Source: Nonlabens ponticola (GTDB lineage Bacteria > Bacteroidota > Bacteroidia > Flavobacteriales > Flavobacteriaceae). From it: 32,000 nt of DNA. The position numbers and the translations under genes are program-made. This document shows, piece by piece, positions 30,996 to 32,000 of the stretch. Each line of letters starts with the position of its first letter. Positions within the stretch are counted from its first letter, which is position 1. Under the pieces are notes generated by a model, which had not been told where the DNA came from, did not search any database, and worked only from the letters and a program-made list of their open reading frames with translations. Location of the stretch: the NCBI RefSeq assembly GCF_003966335.1, contig NZ_CP034549.1, positions 690,001 to 722,000 of the forward strand, in the 5' to 3' direction.

Positions 30996-31874
30996 TTAAT
31001 AGTACAATTGATCTGTTCTCAGATTCAAGTAACGCGTCGTTGCAAAGAATGTGCTGATCAAGCTTATCAAGATACCAAAAACCAGTACGCCCACAAATAG
31101 GATCGCCAGCATCTGGTAATTCTGTAAAATCTCTAATTCTGGTACATAGCCATCCATCCAGTACACCACGCCACCTAGTGCAATGAGTGCCAGCAGCGCA
31201 CCAAAAAAGCCTAGCCTTATGCTCGTCATAATAAATGGCTTGCGTATAAAACCTTTGGTCGCGCCCACCATTTGCATGGTCTTGATGGTGAATCTTTTGG
31301 CATAAATCGATAGCCTGATAGAGCTGTTGATAAGCAGGAATGCAATAAAAATAAACACACCACTCACGATCAACATCCAGAAGCTTATGCGTTTTACATT
31401 TTCATTCAATAGCGAGACGAGTGGCTTGTCATAGCTCACTTCTTGCACAAAATCCTTGGCAGCAAGGTCATCTGCGATTTGTTGTATTTGTGCGTCGTCA
31501 ACAAAACTTGCGTTCAATCGCACGTCGATGGAGTTGGGAATCGGATTAAAACCGTCCAGTTTTGCCACAAAGTCCTCGCCTAGATCATCCATGGTTTTTT
31601 GCGCACCTTCTTCTGCGCTTACAAACACGGCACTTTTAGTATAATCTGCCATTTGCAGTGATTTTTCCAGCTGTTGCATCTCGACATCCTTGGCACTGTC
31701 CTTAAAGTATATCGACATAGGCACCTGCTCACGGAAGTAATCTGCCAGCTTTTGGCTATTAAGCAAGAAAAAGCCTTGCAATCCCAGCATAAAAAGCACT
31801 AAAAAAACGCTGATCACCACCCAAAAATAGGAGCTGAACAATCGCCGTTTTTGATAGGAAGAATTAGACGCCAT
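30996..31874 (-). CDS. ftsX: cell-division protein FtsX-like permease
   Basis: An N-terminal TM span, a periplasmic domain, then three C-terminal TM spans (FtsX topology). The ATG at 31874 is preferred; the track start at 31889 is TTG. Confidence 0.8.
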   Translation of the reverse strand: MASNSSYQKRRLFSSYFWVVISVFLVLFMLGLQGFFLLNSQKLADYFREQVPMSIYFKDSAKDVEMQQLEKSLQMADYTKSAVFVSAEEGAQKTMDDLGEDFVAKLDGFNPIPNSIDVRLNASFVDDAQIQQIADDLAAKDFVQEVSYDKPLVSLLNENVKRISFWMLIVSGVFIFIAFLLINSSIRLSIYAKRFTIKTMQMVGATKGFIRKPFIMTSIRLGFFGALLALIALGGVVYWMDGYVPELEILQNYQMLAILFVGVLVFGILISLISTFFATTRYLNLRTDQLYY

Positions 31875-32000
31875 AAATCGCTGTTGCAATGATTGATACC
31901 CGCAAAAATAACAAAGTTACCGCGCGGTCATGGATTACAACGCTATAAGTTTCTTACTTGTTGCAAACGGCCTATTTTTGCTAGCTAGAATAAGCAATTA

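Noticed and set aside
1-32000. The iterated palindrome as a CRISPR array, MITE, REP element or IS terminal repeat; also mobile elements, genomic islands and defence systems in general
   Set aside because: The copies lie 3-5 kb apart rather than in an array, share no more than about 24 bp, and mostly sit in-frame inside conserved genes. No transposase, integrase, tRNA attachment site, restriction, abortive-infection or toxin-like genes were seen. There is no obvious compositional break anywhere in the window.

Overview
This is a gene-dense chromosomal core segment of a Flavobacteriia-type Bacteroidota genome, about 40% GC by eye. The taxon call rests on mutY-ssb-gldE-gldD synteny, the ftsX-DUF3098-uppP-truB block, and a TTTG-N19-TAnnTTTG promoter upstream of rplU. 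I call about 40 protein genes. They include a partial biotin cluster (bioA, a KAS-like gene, bioB), recX, rng, HU, mutY, ssb, gldE/gldD, an M16 peptidase pair, rplU-rpmA and ahcY. A tightly packed seven-gene block follows: PPTase, GGGPS, YkoF-like, pnuC, NadR-type kinase, DUF4301 and arfB. The window ends with azoR, truB, uppP and ftsX. I saw no rRNA or tRNA genes, no CRISPR array, no transposase or integrase, and no recognisable defence genes. All family calls come from motif recognition by eye, not database searches. The most unusual signal is not a gene. The 14-bp palindrome GCTTTCGCGAAAGC occurs 7 times perfectly, plus one 1-mismatch copy, where about 6e-5 copies are expected by chance. 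Five copies sit inside conserved housekeeping CDSs and use all three reading frames, and two are intergenic. Symmetry extends to 22-24 bp at some copies, and the spacing is unusually even at 3.2-5.1 kb. This behaves like the cyanobacterial highly iterated palindrome HIP1, which I do not know to be described for flavobacteria. The second lead is the pnuC, ribosylnicotinamide-kinase-like and DUF4301 trio. DUF4301 looks like a UDPGP-type pyrophosphorylase, so the three genes could form an uptake, phosphorylation and nucleotidylation pathway. Lesser leads are a KAS-like condensing enzyme inside the biotin cluster, an M16 peptidase fused to an OmpA domain, an L21 protein with a 135-aa tail, and a 30-aa arginine/lysine-rich ORF missing from the ORF track.
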